The notes: generated from the sequence alone by a model not told the origin. A DNA stretch of 52,139 nucleotides from Psammoneis japonica (GCA_008632985.1 QPGO01000062.1:372001-424139), one strand, 5' to 3'. Counted from the first letter of the stretch, positions 24,697 through 37,980 are shown. Numbers and translations are program-made.

Positions 24697-24889
24697 CTGT
24701 GCTCAGCATCCTTTAGAAAGTTCATCTGCAACAGCTGGCTTGTCCTTTTGCAAGACCTTTTTCATGCAGGTCTGAAAGCACATCTGACCAGGCCTGTCAG
24801 GCAGTTGCTGCATGCAGTTTGAAAATGTCTGTCTCTAGAATGGCTGCTGCATTCAGAGGGTGCACTTGCACCTGCTGCCACAATGACAT

Positions 24890-24970
24890 TCAATGCAACT
24901 GAGAACAACAGGGCAGCTTCTTGACATGATGCTTCCTTGCTTTCAAATCTCCTTGCTCTTGTTGTTGCAG
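24890..24970 (-). pseudogene. Hypermutated 3' remnant of the 37981-38430 gene
   Basis: QQQEQGDLKARKHHVKKLPCCSQLH* versus the intact RRQERGDAKTKKRHVKKLPCNSQLY*. Confidence 0.85.
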
Positions 24971-27029
24971 CCATTTTGTGTGTGAATTTTTTTGCACCAA
25001 AGTGGCTTGGTTCTTTGTTTTGCCATGCGGATCCTTCTTTTCCCTGTCTTCTTGTTGCATGACATTGAAACATCCACCTTGCTTTGGGGCGCATCTTGTT
25101 GCAGAAAATGGGATCCCTCCATCCATCCATGTGCTCGTTTGCACATGGAAACTGCACACATGTCAGTTCTGCCAACACCAACAGGGTGGAGACATTTTTT
25201 CTTTCTTGTTCTTGGTGTGACTTGATGTGTTGATGCTGCACACACAAGTCTTGTTGTGTTGCTTTTTTCAATGAAAGAAACACAAAAAAAAGAGAAAGGC
25301 TTGGTGGTTTTTGCTGCTGCAGACCTGATGACCTTAACAAGCTTTGCTCAATGTGACCATCTGTTGCACAAAACAGGCCAAGTTGTTGTTGGGGAACAAT
25401 GCCACACATGCATTGTTGCTGCTTTGCTTGAGAGTGCTGCAGCACCAGCTGCAATGGGTTGCTTGCTGCATGTCCCAAAAAGCCAACAGTTTTTAGAATT
25501 GATGCAACAGGAGAAAAATGTGCTGTGACTTTGTTGGCAGAGCAAAACACAATGCTTGGTTGCCCACTCAGTTTGACAAATTGTGCCACACAGCAGTGCA
25601 TGCCACAAATGCTTTTGGACAAGAATGTGGTGGTGACACACATTGTGCATGTTGAACAATGGGAGCAAAACCCAGTCTGAGCTCCAAACAAGAAGTCAAA
25701 AAGAATCTGGTGCTGCCACCAGAAGAAAGAGTCATCCTGCAGACTGCAGAACAAGCAGCAACAGAGAAATGAGTCTCAAGCAGAGCATGCAGGGTGTCAG
25801 TTTGACTTTTTCAATGCTGGAGTTGAAGAACAACAAAGGTGACAGGGACAACAAACAGTGCGGCACACTTCAGCAGAAAGCAAAACAGACAAGTGCCACA
25901 CCATCAGTTTGTAGCTGGATGTCAACAAATGTGCTGCAGCACAGTCGAGAGGTTTGTTGCCAAGTGACTTGAGTCAAAGCTTCTTGTTGACACATCACAA
26001 AGTTGCTCTGAATCTTCTGTCCTCCTCAGCACTGTGCATTTTCAGAATGGGAGGAGAAAATCCATTTTGACTTTGTTTTGGCAGAGCAAAACCTCATGTG
26101 ATGCTCTTGTGCCACCTCAGTTTCACTTGTTGTGCAACCGCTGTTGGCTGAGAACATTGTGGGTTGATCAGCGGGAACAAACCCCAACCCAGAGTGCCAA
26201 AAAAAAGAATCTGGTGCAAACAAGCAGCAGCAGAGTGCTAAAAAAAGGGTCAAGCCCAGAGAGTGCACCATGTCAGTTGTTTGACTTTTCCCACACCAGA
26301 GCTGTTGATTGAACAGTGTTTGGCAGCAGTGCTGTCAATTGAGTGGCAAATGGCAGGGGGACAACAACAGTGCTGTTTGCTTGGCACAGAGCAAAACAGA
26401 ACACAAGTGGCTGCTGCCATTGGCCTGGTTGCCTTGGACACCACAACTCTCTTGCTCTGCACTCTTTTCTCTGTGTTGATGTCAGTGGACCCTGTCAAAG
26501 CAACAATGCAAAGAGCCTCAAAATGCATGCACAGGGCTTGCAACAAGAACATCCAACAGCAACATTGTGAAGAATTTTGTCCAGCAGCTCAAGTTGCAAG
26601 TTCTCATCCATTGCTCAGACTCCTCTGTCCAAGCTGTTCTCATTGTCCAAACTGTTGTCATTGGATGAACCACAGTTTGATTTTTGATGAGATTTGGTTC
26701 TTAACACCCTCAACACACAAGCAGCAAAGCTGCAAAGTTCTGGAGCTGCCTTTGATGTTGATGATGCAGCAACGCTGGGTGGCCAATCTTGAAGCAAGCA
26801 ATTGGTGCCATCTGTCTTGTGGTGGAAGCAAATGGCTCAAATTGGTGTTGCTGTGAAGCATCAACATGTGCCATTTCCCAACTCAAGCTTTGTTCACACA
26901 GGCACAACATGCAGCCAAAGCAGCTTGAGGAGTTTCAAGCTCATGCACTGGCCTTTGTCCACAGGCAGATGCAGCCATGCTCCTCTTCACATTCTTTGTC
27001 AATCAAGTTTGCTTGAATGGGGGGCTGAT

Positions 27030-27720
27030 GTGTGGCTGTGCTGCGGGGTGTTGAGGTTGTTTTGTGCGCACTTTGTGAGTGCTGTGGGCACACCAGGGCT
27101 GCCCAAGGCAGCCAGCAGCACATTTGTTGAGCTTGGAAATGACCTGTTTTTGCAAAATGCTGGGATGGAGTGAGGAAAGACTCCAGCTGACCCTGCCAAC
27201 ATGCCACCACACACAGGCTTGCAAAAGCAGCAACAAAGAGAAGCACTGTGCTGATGACAAGCTTGCGCCATCAGTGCAAAAGACAAGCCTCCTGGAGGGG
27301 CTGCTGCAATTGCTTGTTTTGGTTGCTTTTTTGGGTGGCTCTTTTGGTTTCATTGTGCTGCTTCTGGCTTGTGCACATCCATTTTCCATGACACCCTTCA
27401 ACCCAACAAACTCACTGTTGGGCTCCATTTTTTAATGACCTGTGGTGCCTGGCAGTTTTCTAGATTGTGGAGAGCATCCATGATTTGCAGTTGCCACAAA
27501 GCTCACCTCTCTGAGTGTGGCTTGAAGTTTCAAGCTTGCAAGCTCACTTGGATTTGTGGCTGCATGTGATTTGTGCCACATTGCAAAAAATAAAAGGCCA
27601 CAAGACCTGTGCAAAACAAATTTCCACATCAACTTTGGAGCCCCCCCCCAAGGCAATGCTTGCGTGGCCAAGGGAGAAATTTGAGGATGCACAGCTGTGG
27701 ACTTAAAATGAAGCAAATGC
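27030..27720. repeat. Old degenerate dispersed repeat (copy 2 of about 150-800)
   Basis: Same collinear blocks as 150-800, in the same orientation. Confidence 0.7.
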
Positions 27721-28105
27721 AACACCAATGGAGCAACCATGACCAAAACTCACTCACAAAACCAGTGCTTGAGCAACGCACCCAGTCAAGGCACTCAGAG
27801 CTCAAAGTTGGATTGTCCGCCGTGTCAGGCAGCTTCCATGACATCTGCTTGTGACTCACTCTGACACCCCCCTGTCATTGGCAAGCCAACTCAGATGCCA
27901 GATGCGTGCGGCAATTGTTGCAGACATTGTCACCACTCTTGCAGGTTGCTCTTGCATCCCCCTGCACTCCCACTCATGGTTGTTTTTTGCTTTTTTCTTC
28001 AGTGGCAGATGCAGGGAGTCTGGGTCACACTGCGCCAGTTCTGGCATCTTCTCTCTGGCCCCTGCCCTCTGCTGTGCTGGCAACAACAAACCTGAGAGGA
28101 AAGAC

Positions 28106-28301
28106 TGACAGAATGCCAAAGGTCAACAGTGACAGAGGCATGAAAGACTCCCTGAAGCACCAGGACTGTGATGACACGAGTGCCAGTAGATGAGAAAGTG
28201 AGAAGCAGATCTCAGAGAGATCTGCTCGTCTGTCTAAATGGTCTGGCCATCATCCGCATCCAGTCTGTCCATCGTACGACATGCAGACAGACAGGCTGAC
28301 A
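28106..28301 (-). repeat. 3' LTR of Copia B (196 bp)
   Basis: TG...CA termini. Direct repeat of 35015-35212. Confidence 0.95.
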
Positions 28302-31300
28302 CCCTCCCCTGATCTGCAATGTCTCAACATAGAGAATGGGGCAGATCAAACCAAAGAACAGGGATGATGTAAGGAAACAGAGAGACCAGACACAGGACAC
28401 GACAAGTGTCCATGCCCAATGCGCCATCAAACAAGGGGGCAATGTGCAGCAGGGAGGCCACCGCGGAAAAAACATCAACAGCAGCGTCCCATCATGCGTC
28501 GAGCGTGGCGGGCATGTGGCACCCAGCCAAGGGCCTTGGCAAGGTCATTGCCAGGGTTGACAATGCCAGGGACATGTCTTGTGACAATCTTGCCCACTTC
28601 CTTCCATTTTTGGATCGCAAAAAACTGGACCTCAACGTGACGGGATCGCTCGGTCGGGATCAAATGATTGACGATCTTGATTGCCGATTCGTTGTCAATG
28701 TGCAATGGGGTTGGCTCCGTCTGAGAGAAGCCTGGTTCATGTGGGATGTGACGAAGGTAAAGGACATGCTTGGCAGTGGTGCCAGCAGCGCAGAATTCAG
28801 CTTCCGCAGAACTCGCAGCAGTCGCCGATTGGGTCTTGCATCAAAAGGATGTGGCAGCACCGGCTAACATGCAAGCACAGCCAGTCACAGAGCGACGGTT
28901 ACGGAGGTCATTGCCACATGCAGCATCCAAAAAGGCAACAAGTTGATGATCATGTTCTGGGAAAGGGAACGATGGTAGGGTCGGGTCCGGAGTGAGACGT
29001 TCGAAGGGGCAGGCGGGCAGTCTTGAGTCTCGGGTGGGCTTCTTGCAGTTCAGTTCCCAATGCTTGGTGCGTCAAAGGCACTTGCATGCTCCCTTGAGTG
29101 CATCACAGTGAACCAAAGCAGGACAGGCAGAGAACTTGGAGAGAGCAGTGATGGCATGTCCAACATCCAATCGACAGACAACATGCGCACACAACAATTC
29201 ACCAAGTGGAGTGCGGCACCCAAAACCAGCAGCTTGTTGTAACTCTGCATGTTCCGGGGTTCCTTCAGCTGGACCAACAGCAGTGCACAGTTCACGAAAA
29301 GAGTCAACCGGGATTGGCGCAGCCTTGCAGTCATCGTCGAGTTCCTCTTCCGTCGGTGTCGACCATCCATGCGAGGTGCAAACCCGATCAACATGGCTGT
29401 GAACAGCAATGCCAACAGAGTCATCATGTTGATGAACATCCACACCATTGAACTCTTCAATCACGCCAAGACACTTGAAAGGCAGGGAGGTTTCCGATTC
29501 CAATTCAAGAGCTTTGCCAATCTTGTCGTGTGTCTTGATCGCAAGGGACTCTTCAGGACACGCAAGGGAGAAGTCATCAACCTGATGGAGGAGCAAGATC
29601 TTGTGTCCCTCAAAAGCAGCAGAACAGATGCATTTGTCATGAGCGGTGTTGCGAAAAAGTGGATTCACATCGGACAAAATGCCGTTGATGTGCATCTCCC
29701 AGAGCACGCTGGCTTCTGGGTGTCCCTGAAGTGCATGTTGCATCGGAAGCACCATGGTCCCATCCAAATCAATGCCAAACCGAGCCTTGTGCCAAGTCGC
29801 GCATGCTTCGTCAACAGCAACACAGACGGGGTGTGACGGTCGTGGAGAGTGTGCACAGGCATCATGAGCATCACCACCAAACACAGGGTAGCTCACAGTC
29901 GCAGCAAGGGCAAAAAACATGCGTTGGACAGGTTGTTCCACACAAGAGGAGTGGGTTGAGTGAAGACAATGGAGGATTGACGCAGCACAAGGAGATCCAT
30001 CGCAGCATTGTCAAGATCGTCGCGTGCCATCATGCTTGAGATCATGTTGCCAATGTGGACAAAGGACTGTGGCATCCTTTGGACATTCAATCGGTGCACC
30101 AAACATCCCCAACTCATGGAATTGGTCAAGTTGTTTGAATTCACCCACATGCCATTCGGGCCAGGTGCCCAGCTTCTTGAGACAATGGCGAGTGAAAGCA
30201 CCTGACGCTTGTTCCTCCGGAGCAATGGCATGAGATGAAATGGTGCAGATGTTGACCACACCATTGTCGCAGTCGACATGGATCAACGGAGGGATGTCAT
30301 CATCGTCCACATCGGAAAAATCAACATCAGGGTGACGGATGGCAGCAACAGCATGCATGTCAGCATTGGCAATTTCCGGGACATGTTCGTCATCAGGGTC
30401 AGGAGTCGGTGCACAGACATTGTGTTCCATCAGGGCACGTTGTAGAGCCTGGGAGTCCAGTTGACGTTCCGGCGCAAACTCGATTTCAAAGTGAGTCTTG
30501 CCAGAATCACAGACTTGTCGAAAACGTTTGATGGCCTCCTCTGCCACAAAGACAGGGTGATCATCAATCAATGCGACACACGCACCCTTGATCTTGTTGC
30601 AGGTTGCCTTCAAAGAACAGAAAAGACGCGCAGCAGGAGAACCATGCTTGACATCAGAGACAAACACTTGCTGATGGAGATCATCCGCAGTCAATGAAAT
30701 TCCAAATGTCGGATCAGCAAACGGCCCCTTCATCGTATGCGCAATGGTCTTGGCAAAAGGATTCCCATGAAAGTGGAGCTCGTCCATCGTAGATTCTTCA
30801 GTCTTGGCAGGTGAAGCCTTGCCATCTTGAGCATGCTCCAAGTGAACCACATTCGGGGGAAGAGAGTCGTGGGGTAGATCATTCATGCCCTCATCATGAT
30901 GAATGTGCTTGGCAAGCTTGACACGCGACGTCTCGGTGTCACACCAAAGGATGTTCTTGGTGGTGTCTGGAAGATGGCCCAAGAAAACACCCTTGCAAGA
31001 GACAGACCGAAATTTTGCTGGGCGGTGATTCGACGCACGCACCCACACTTGGCAACCAAACATGCGAAAGTTCTTGAAATCATCCTTTCGACCAGCTCAG
31101 CAAGAGCAATCGGAGCAGCAGGTTGTCCGCGGGATGGCACAGCGTTGTTGATTCGAGTGAAATGATGAAAAGCACAGGGCCAGAATTTTGTGGGCAAATT
31201 GGCACCAATGAGCATCGCCCGGATGGCATCAGCAACAGTCAAATGACTGCGTTCCACTGGGCCACTCTGGTTTGAAGCATCTTTTCCCGCAGGACAAATT

Positions 31301-33514
31301 GCGCGGTGAAAGTCATCCTCGAAAAGTCACCGAACCTCTGGGTTTTGATGCAATTCACCTCCTTGATCCACAAACACACATTTGTCTGGACATTTTGGTG
31401 AGTGCTCTTCCAGAAAGTGGCGAAGCCAATTCAGAGGGGTTGCCTTGGACGGTGGAGATGCTTCGTTTTATGATCGTAGATGGTGATCCAACAAGTCTCG
31501 CCATTCAATCCAACACAGTCTTTGGTGCGCTCCGAGTTCTTGGACCGCAGGCCAGAGAAAGAAAAATCAACCGCAAGACCTTGGCAGGGTTGGGTGGCAG
31601 CAAGAGCAGTGTTCGGACCAGCAGGTTCCTTTGTCTGCTTTGCTTGTGTGCATGTGGGACAAGTGTCGAGAGGAGAAGTTCCGTGGGCAAACTTGGGGAC
31701 ACCGTGTTCATGGGCATGACAAAGGCAGTGATCACTCGGATGACCAAGTCGCTGATGCCATGAAAGGCATTCCGTGTCAGCCTTGAGAGATTGGACAGGG
31801 ACATTCTTCTCTGCATGCTCTTCAAAAGGAACATCTTGATGCACTCGGGGGATCAACTTGCATTCAGCACGAAGAGCGTCATGTTGGCAGGTGTGACATG
31901 TTTCAATCATGTGCACAGAGACTGCTTCACACTCATCAGCAAAGGAAGGGTCACTGGTCTTGAGGCGCTCAACAGATGCACCCAATTCATCGTTAGATTC
32001 TGGGAGGATGAGAGGGTGAGCAAAGCATTTGCCATTGATCAATTTCCCATGAATGATGATGTCCTGATTCTTGTGCAATCGGTGTCGTGCAACAAACTTG
32101 CAGGTGCCGAGATCATGGAACTTGAGGACACAATCAACATTGTGGTCTGCACGACGAGGGCCATTTTGACGAAGGAGGAGTCGCTCATCAACCAACGTAG
32201 ATTGGATCTGTGGGTGGCAGCAGGCACGAACCTCAACACATCCATCAGAGTTCTCTGCAGGGATGCGAAGACATCCGAACCCAACTGGGACAGCTTGATG
32301 GCCAAGGGCCGGATTGACAGCAAGGGGACAGGGATGGGACGGAGTGAATTCTTGGTGTCGGTGGAGAAGGTCACGGTCGCCTGCACATGCAACATCAGCA
32401 CCAGCATCCAACTGAGCACAACACTCATTCGGAGCAAAATTTGCCCCATTGACAGAACAAGTTGAGCGCAACAGTTCCGGCTCAGGAGAGTGACTCGCTT
32501 GGTGTGGATCGATCGGAGTGACACGAACAGAATTGATGGCAGCAAAACCATCTTCAACAGCCATGTCATTGCAGGTGAGGTCAATGTGTTCCTCAAAATC
32601 CGGTGTTTCTGGGTCTTCCCTCCCCTGTTCCAAAGGATCCGGAGCACAAGCAGCATCGACGGTGTCTTCCATGGGAGCAGGGTCATCATCTGGTAACTTG
32701 CTGGCATCAAATGACACCTTCGTGGCAGTGGAAGGGGTGGCATCCATGTCAATCTGTGAAGAAAGAGGCACTTCAGTGGCAGATGACGAGACGGTTGGTC
32801 CCTCTTTCAAGGTCATCCCGCTGACATCAGTCTTGTCTCGGTGAGGAGAAAAACGGGCAGTGTCGGAGATCCGAAACTAGCTGCGACGGCCCGATTGAAA
32901 ATCCGAGGGCGGAGCACCAGATCTGGGCGGATTTTCAGGGTTTTCATGATGAGGTGGGAGCAGACCTTGGGATCCTTGGAACTCAGAAGCACGCACAGCT
33001 GCTTCCCTCTTTAAGAATTGACAAAAATGGATGTGAAATCCCTTGATGTGTGGGTTGTTCTTCAGGGCCGGACAGTCATCAAACAAATGCTCTCCGGAGC
33101 AGACAAGACATGGTTTCTTGGAGGCTTCATTCGGAGCAACTTTCAGTTTGCAAACTGAAGCCAAACATGCATGGTGCAGAAGTCGATCTTCGTCCGTAGA
33201 AGGGATCTCGAGTTCATGCAATTCGTCACAAAAAGCATCAAAGGTGTCCAGAGGTGGAGATTCCGCACCAGTGTCTTCAGTGGTGGAGTCATCGACTGGT
33301 TCAGGAAGAGATGTCTCAGGGATCTGGAGAGCACTGACATTGACAGCCGTGCGTCGCGCATCCTCAGCTGCTTGATTCCATGTGCGGCGGGGATTGGATT
33401 GCGTCGCACGAGTGGCAAAGGATGGACTGTCCGGTTGGCAGAGGAAATCAGAGAGAGTCTCGACAATCTGTGCATCTGTGCACTTCTTCTGCACAGCTGG
33501 AGACTTCCGTTCAT

Positions 33515-33909
33515 GACGCGTTCCAGACGTAGGTGGGAATCCGTGTGACATTGGGCCCGCAGACTTCTACGTGCGAGCTCCGTAGTAAAATTATACGGTA
33601 ATTAAAATGTCAATGATCGCCAACAGAAAATGAGGCAATTTTGCGAACGCACAAACTCGCACATGATTGAAGTACATCATTTTTTACTTAGCCAGTTACA
33701 TTCTTCAGACATTGAAGAATGTAACTGGCGCATTATTGTTTCTATAAATTTGTTATATAAAACGTCTGGGGCTTCGCAAAACAGCGAGTCTGGACAATTT
33801 TTTTTAAATATCACACGTAGAAATCTACGTACGAAACATACGACGGATGATAAAATTATTGTTGTCACACGTCAGTGCTACGAGCTCCCACCTAGGGCTG
33901 GAACGCGTC
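33515..33909 (+). mobile_element. 395-bp MITE copy 3 (TpA largely intact, young), inserted in Copia B gag
   Basis: TIRs GACGCGTTCCAG...CTGGAACGCGTC. TSD TCAT (33511-33514 / 33910-33913). Confidence 0.95.
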
Positions 33910-35002
33910 TCATCTCTGGTGGCACGAGATGAGAACTTGGAGTGCTTGGTGTTCTTGACAAAGACAGTCATCTCCCGTGGATCGTTCAACGTAGAGTCCG
34001 CATCAAAAATGCAGGCATGCAGCTGTGGGAAATCATTGAAGATCATGTGGCAGTCTGTCAATGATCGATTGCCTTGGACAGGATGGGAGTCAACCAGTCC
34101 AGCAGCATCGTGGTCGAAAGCAGGATGATTCTCACAGACAATCTGCTTGAGAGCCTTGTGTCCATTGCCGCAGCATGATGCAACAATCCGATGACATTTG
34201 CTGTTCTTGGGGAACACACCCGACTTGGATGAGATTTTGTGGAGAGAGCTCTGAGCTTCCTTGCAGTGGACGCACATGCATTGAGGCAAGTCATCATCCT
34301 TGCCGTTTCCGATCTCGAAACCTTTCACACCACCGTGGTCCTCAGCAAAACACCACAATGGATGCATGTGGCATCCTGAATCAAAGGCATGACGTTGGAA
34401 ATTTTGGCACCATGCTCGCATCCCAGGGGGAGAGTCGTCGTGACATGCAGGAGGTTCCCTGAACAACATTTTCTGGTCAGGAGTCAAGCTCATGATGAAA
34501 AGGGTGCCATCGTTGAGGATGATGCAATTGGATGCATCAACACAGTGACGGAATCCATGGTTGCAAGGGACGAGGGAGCTCTGAAGAGCAACTTTTCCGT
34601 TCGTGGATGAAGTGATCACGAAGCATGTCCGCAAAATCTTTCTTGGGTTGCACGCGCTCTGGATCGTCAAAGAACGGGTCGAGATCAGTTGTGGAGTCCG
34701 CACAAATCGCACCCAGGCAGCCATGTAGATGTGGCATCGTTGTGTGTGCCTCGAACTCACAGCAGATCTCTGCAATGGACGGAAGAGTGGGCTTTGTGGG
34801 GTCGGAAGACACCATGGTTTTAGTTGGTGGAGCCATTTTTGGTCATGCACGCGCAGAAATCTGGTGTGTTTCTACGGTCATGAAAAATGCCGGGAAAGCG
34901 AGACAAAAAGTTGTCAGATCAGACGATGAGGCTCGCTCGATCGGCTCACAAAAGAAATGAATCGAAACAGAAAGCTTGGCGCACAGGTCTGTGGCACAGC
35001 AC

Positions 35003-35014
35003 GCGGCCATGACC
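35003..35014 (-). other. Probable primer-binding site of Copia B
   Basis: GGTCATGGCCGC directly follows the 5' LTR. It resembles the GGTTATGG-type PBS of copia elements primed by an internal tRNA-iMet fragment, with TA->CA. Confidence 0.55.
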
Positions 35015-35212
35015 TGACAGAATGCCGAAGGTCAATGGTGACAGAGGCATGAAAGACTCCCTGAAGTGCCAGGACTGTGATGACACGAGCACCAGCAGAT
35101 GAGAAAGTGAGAAGCAGATCTCAGAGAGATCTGCTCTCGTCTGTCTGAATGGTCCAGCCATCATCCACATCCAGTCTGTCCATCATGCGACATGCAGACA
35201 GACAGGCTGACA
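35015..35212 (-). repeat. 5' LTR of Copia B (198 bp)
   Basis: Direct repeat of 28106-28301 with a 2-bp indel. Followed by TSD AAGAC. Confidence 0.95.
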
Positions 35213-36298
35213 AAGACAAGAAGAAAGAGAAGAGGGAAAAGAGGGGGGGGGGGGGGATTTTTGGCCACTGCAGATGCTGCCTTTTGCTGCACTGCTGGAA
35301 GGTTCCAACACACACACACACAGAAGCTCTGTGGCACATGAGGAGCAAGTCACCCACGATGTCGTCAAAGGATTCACCCTGTCAGTGGGTTGGGGGGGGG
35401 GACCAGAGTGCATCACAAACTGGAAGGAAAGTGTTTTTTGCAGGATGCCGCAGCACACACGGCAGCAGTGGTGGCCGTTGATGAGCCCTCCTTCCCCCCC
35501 ACGACCAACGCTTCCCACAACCAGGAGCAGCCTGCCCGCCCCCCCCTCCCCCCATGATCTTTTGCTCCATGTGACTCTGTGAGGCCACCAGCACAATTGT
35601 CCCTTGCAAGACTGACCAAGCCAAAAGGGCAGGGCCTCAAGTTGTCAAAGGATTTTGACCACAGAGAGTGGGCTGAGTCAGATGAAGGAATGATGATGAG
35701 CACTTCAAACAACAAGGCAAGAATTTTTGGTGGCATTTTGTGCAGCACTGCAAGGTGTGGTGCACACCACCATCCAAAAAGATTTTGTTGGTTGTGATGC
35801 ACTTCTTGGATGACACAACTGCCCACACACACAACACTTTGGAAGTGTGCTCCTGTTGTGGTGGTGGTGGTGTGTGTGCTCTTGCTGCTGTCTCCTGCTC
35901 TGCGCCACTTTTTTCTCACCCCACAAACCTGAGAGAGGATTTCCCAACATGAACTCACACGTATGCACCACTTTCTCACTGCATGTGGTTTCCAAGTGCA
36001 TGAGCTTACCAACTGAGAAGGAAGAAGGAGGGATGCCCCCGCCTCCATCCCTCGTCGTTTACTGCAACCATCCTCGCTCTAAAGTGGTGCGAGGATCAAT
36101 GGTCATGACTGTATGATTATCAACCGTTAATATAATTATTAATTCTTTATTAAATTGAAATAGAAATTGCTAATATACGGTACATATAAAATGTGTACTT
36201 AACAACGATATTTTGAATTTCAACTGAAAAGGTATCGCTTGCTCACATTTTTCTGCGAACAATCCAGATCGCAACATCACATGCAACATTCCGCTACA

Positions 36299-37464
36299 AT
36301 GACGGGGTTTGCTCTTTGCTTACCGGTAAGGCTTCTCCTGGGGATGATCTTGGCGCTCAGTGATGGTGACATGCGACAAAACAACATCCCTTCAAGGCGG
36401 AACAGTGGAAAGAAAGCTGTTTCTTCCATGCTCCGTAACACTTTCGAACAGGATGACGAGAGGGATATCAACCATGACGAAAACGATGTCTTTTGGCAAA
36501 GACTCTTAGAGAATGTTGGAATGATGAGTGTATCAGTCCCAAATTGTGGACCTCCGCCCGCTCCAACTCCTGTCCCGGCCTGCACGCCAACAACGGGAGC
36601 TTGTGTCTCGAACTTCGCGAGCCTTCAGACGGAGCTGGATAGAGCAGGCCCAAATTCGGTTGTTTCTCTCTGCGGATCAAACACAATCACTACTCCTTTC
36701 GCCGTCCGTGTTACTCAGTCTGGCATTTACTTGTGCTGCGAATCGGAGAATTGCATCATAGAGAGCAGCACAACGTCTTCGGATCGGAATCTTGTCGTAA
36801 CGGGTCAAGACTTTACAATGGCCAAGATGGACATTCGAGGAGGTAGCACTGGGGAAGGACGAGGCGGAGGAAATGTCAAAATCATCTCCAACGGTACGCA
36901 TCGTATTTTAGAATGTAGATTTGAAAGAGGCCAACACCAATTAAGTGGTGGAAACTTGTTTATTCGGACAACCGGCGGTGTTTTGGTAGACAAGAGCAGG
37001 TTTGCCGAAGGCGATGCTCCAGGAGGTGGAGGTGTGTATGTGGAGGATGCCTTGGATGTTGTCATTACGTCTAGTGAGTTTTTTGGTAACAACGCTACTG
37101 GCACTGGCGGAGGAGGTCTCCTGACAACCCTTACCTCACCGACATCTCTCACGGCGGGACAGCGTATTTCCATATACAAAACATCCTTTGAAGAGAACAC
37201 TGCGAGTTTCGGCGGTGGGTATTTGGCGACTACGATAGGGCAAATGCCTCGATTGACTATTGCGGAGAGTGTGTTTGAGCAGAACATGGCGTTTGAGGGG
37301 GCGCAGCGGGCACTTTTCTGTACGACGACATCAACACCTTGGATTTATCGCTGTGCTCCAATGATGGGACTGAGAATGTTGCAGAGAACGAGTGTGACGA
37401 CTTCCTCTTCTACTTAAAGGATGCTGTGAACACTCGCTGCATTACAGTCACTGAGGACTTTTGA
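36299..37464 (+). CDS. Second copy of the secreted beta-helix gene, with a 1-bp frameshift near the 3' end
   Basis: High identity to 23128-24288. The G run at about 37297-37301 has 5 G versus 6 in copy 1. The homologous C-terminus (..VTEDF*) continues in another frame to 37464. Confidence 0.75.
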
Positions 37465-37980
37465 GAGATTGCCATGTGTGATTGCAAAGGCCATCACTGC
37501 ATGGTGAAAGGGAGAATGAGAAAATGAATAAACACTGCGCAAGAACAATGCTAGTCATGTTATACACAGAAACACAATACATAAAAGCAAAGATCATTTC
37601 TTCTTGCGTTCTCAAGCTGTATCCTTATAACATTTCGCTGGCCCTGGCATTCGAAGTTGCGCACGACCATGTCACTCAACACCGGGCTACTTATGCGTGC
37701 TGACTAGAGAGACATCATTCGAGCGCTCAAACGTGCTTCTTGGTAAATAAAAGCCGGCCTAAAGTCAAGTCTCTCAAGAGTCACCGCAACTAGAGAGCGT
37801 GCTGTGATCAGTATCCTCCGGAAAGTTCATCCGCAAAGCGAAACCTTTTTCTGGCAGATCTGAAACTACATATCTGACTCTAGGCCTATCAGGTAGTCGC
37901 TACGTACAGTTTGAAGATGTCTCTAGACTATAGCTACCGTATTCAAAGCGGCGTGCTTGCGCGTTGTTCCGTAATGGCGT

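Larger units (their letters stand above)
22848..24970 (+). repeat. Segmental duplication copy 1 (paralogous to about 36121-38060)
   Basis: Collinear AT-rich upstream region, beta-helix gene, 3' region and the 3' end of the neighbouring minus-strand gene. Confidence 0.9.
28106..35212 (-). mobile_element. Full-length Ty1/copia LTR retrotransposon family B (inactivated)
   Basis: Two LTRs and a 5-bp TSD AAGAC (28101-28105 / 35213-35217). PPT AGGGGAGGG (28302-28310). Gag with knuckle CLVCSGEHLFDDC, protease LDAGAD, WHQRLGHPS..CPTC, integrase, RT (ALQGHPE, QVDD), RNase H (IDNESA..SRHVEV..NPGNDLAK). Many stops and frameshifts. Confidence 0.96.
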
